Below, one piece after another: positions 61,804 to 64,000 of a stretch of 64,000 bases of DNA. Origin of the DNA: Leptogorgia sarmentosa (Eukaryota). The stretch covers positions 2,604,001 to 2,668,000 of the forward strand of contig OZ210884.1 of the NCBI GenBank assembly GCA_964658305.1, written 5' to 3'. The first letter of the stretch is position 1. Each line of letters starts with the position of its first letter. The notes beneath the pieces are model-generated. The model was not told the origin of the DNA. It saw nothing but the letters and a program-made list of their open reading frames with translations, and did not search any database. A program made the translations under genes and the position numbers.

Positions 61804-63688
61804 ATGAAGGTTGATATAAAATTTGTTTGTCTCATTGGCGCGTTGTTCTGTCAGATCTATGTTGTCGATGGATGGTGGTCCAGTGGCGGAGGAGGTTCCA
61901 GGACAAGAACACCAACAACAAGGTTTGTTCCATGCATTCACATTTTTATTGATACCCCATAGATCGATAAATTTGTTTATGTTTGTACATATCAATTTCC
62001 ATGCTCTATCTTTTTTCTGTAAGAGCTTTGTAATAATTTTTGGTACTTTTCTAGTAGCTAGCTGTACGGCGACTAAATTAGTAGTTCTTAAATAACTAAT
62101 AACAGCTAGCAGTTCAAGATACTTTTTGAAGCAGAAATTGAATAGATTTTCTCCATTTTAAATATCCGTGCTTAAAATATATAACAGCAATACAATAATA
62201 AACAACTTCTATTTTTTACCTTTATTTTTTTAAGGCGAAGTGGATTTTGGTCCAGAAGTCGAAGGCCAAGTGTGAGAACTCCTAGCGTTAGGATACCAAC
62301 AATCCGAAAACCTGCTTTAAGGTAAATGAACATTTGAACAGACATGCATGTAGCTACACCCTATTTTCTAGAAATACATACATGCAGCAAAGGCAAAGCA
62401 ACGTACATTATGCATTTTAATAAATACTTTCCTAAATTTTATAATTACATTTTCTGGCCAAAAAATACAGTAAAATATATAAAGCGGCTTTGGGGTCTAG
62501 TTCCCCCAAATTCGAATTTACAGCAAAACTTGTGGATTGTTGTGTCTCACTTATTTGTCCAGCCTGGAAAAAATGCACATTCTGCCTTAAAACTACAGAA
62601 AAACAAAAATAACTATATAAGCCTAAAAGCACTTTGATGATGAAAATTGTGGGGAAAGTATTATTCTTTTTGTAATTTTATTAATTTTGGTTCAGACGAT
62701 CCAATTGGTGGTCTAGAAGAACGCCAACCCCCGTGAGGACACCCAGGGTCAGGAAACCGACTTCGAGGTAAGAAACATGGTGACTTTCCGAAACACCGTA
62801 CAAAAATAATAGTACTTTAGTTTTCAGGGGATAAATGAATTCACGAATCTGATACAGATTTATTTATATTTGCGCGTCAGGCGTACAAGCTGGTGGTCTA
62901 GACGAACTCCAACCAGTGTGAGGACACCAAAGGTTCGGAAACCCAGTTCCAGGTAACAAAAATCTCGAGCTCCTTTCAAAATACCAGCAAATAATTATGG
63001 TACAATTAAGGAATAGAAACCATGACTCAAAATGGCGGTGAAGTAACTTTGGATTCCCCCAAATTCGAATTTTCACCAAAAACCAGTGGTTTGTTGTGTC
63101 TTACTTATTTGTCAAGCCCGGAAAAAATGGATATCCTACCTTAACACTAAAGAAAAACAAAATAACTACATCATTACGCTAAAAGCTTACTTTGATGATG
63201 TAAAATGTTGGGAAAATATTATTTGTAAATTCATTCATTTTGGTTCAGACGTTCCAGTTGGTGGTCTAGAAGAACGCCATCCCCCGTGAGGACTCCCAGG
63301 GTGAGGAAACCGACTTCAAGGTAAGAAACATGGCGACTTTCCAAAACACCGTACAAAACTAATAGTACTTTAGTTTTCAGGGGATAAATAAATTCACGAT
63401 TCTAATACGGGTTTATTTACATTTGTGTGTCAGGCGTACAGGCTGGTTGTTTAGACGAACTCCAGCCAGTGTGAGGACACCAAAGGTTCGGAAACACAGT
63501 ACCAGGTAACAAAAATCTCAAGCTCCTTTCAAAATACCCAGCAAGTAATCATGGTGCAATAATAATATAGTTGTTAGGAAGAATAAAGGAATCACTTTAA
63601 TCAATAAACTCTATTCATTTTAATATGTTAGGCGTACAGGCTGGTTTTTTCGGCGAACTCCATCTAACGTCCGGACGCCAAGTACCAG
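61804..63688 (+). CDS. Secreted cationic Arg/Trp/Pro-rich tandem-repeat protein, 3' partial; join(61804..61922,62235..62321,62696..62767,62881..62952,63249..63320,63434..63505,63632..>63688)
   Basis: ATG in AAGATGA context; signal-peptide-like MKVDIKFVCLIGALFCQIYVVDG. Seven GC-richer exons in AT-rich introns, all GT-AG and all phase 2, splice to WWSSGGGGSRTRTPTT-RRSGFWSRSRRPSVRTPSVRIPTIRKPAL-RRSNWWSRRTPTPVRTPRVRKPTS-RRTSWWSRRTPTSVRTPKVRKPSS-RRSSWWSRRTPSPVRTPRVRKPTS-RRTGWLFRRTPASVRTPKVRKHST-RRTGWFFRRTPSNVRTPST-R... No stop codon in the window. Confidence 0.85.
62500..63560. repeat. 553-bp tandem duplication of a two-exon cassette including introns
   Basis: Exon starts 62696/63249 and 62881/63434 are both 553 bp apart; introns are clearly homologous (TTCCCCCAAATTCGAATTT at 62501 and 63054; GTAAGAAACATGG.GACTTTCC). 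Confidence 0.9.
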
Positions 63689-64000
63689 GTAATAAATATT
63701 GGTTTGATGACTACTGTTTGGTATGAAATATTGTGCCAAAAAAGGATGAAAATTTTCACATTTTTCCAAGTAGAAAAGAAACAAGAAGCATGAACGAAAA
63801 CTTATTTTTAATTTCTTATTCATAAAGATACGCGACGTGATAAAGTTTTTTTTATTTTAATGGCTTTCATAAAATATTTTAACAACGATAGTTTTGTTTG
63901 TCATGTTTGTAATAACAGCATTACGTCGTTTACAACTAACTTATATTATATTTTAACTAACTCGTAAAGAATTACATGACATTTACAATAAGCTACTAAA

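Overview
AT-rich, intron-containing animal genomic DNA. The repeat families and gene style suggest a marine invertebrate, probably an anthozoan cnidarian (inference). (1) Bases 1-31840 are a ~73-bp satellite with 10-bp internal periodicity and nested higher-order repeats. It joins abruptly to (2) a ~202-bp tandem repeat at 31841-33705. (3) An 8-coding-exon + strand gene (35688-55916, ~974 aa) encodes an intact dynamin/mitofusin-like GTPase, a hydrophobic hairpin and a C-terminal protein kinase (DSTYK-like architecture). Its 9-kb GC-AG first coding intron holds nested inverted-repeat elements: a TTAA-flanked Kolobok-type element that encloses a foldback-like element carrying a 375-bp tandem array. 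(4) Many palindromic repeats and two hAT-type MITEs with 8-bp target-site duplications (TSDs) are present. (5) The window ends in the 5' part of a gene whose repeat exons are absent from the ORF track (61804 to >63688). It encodes a signal peptide followed by tandem one-exon-per-module cationic Arg/Trp/Pro-rich repeats (RR-xxWWS-RR-TP-xxVRTPxVRKP), a candidate novel secreted antimicrobial or polypeptide precursor. All calls were made by eye; no database searches were run.
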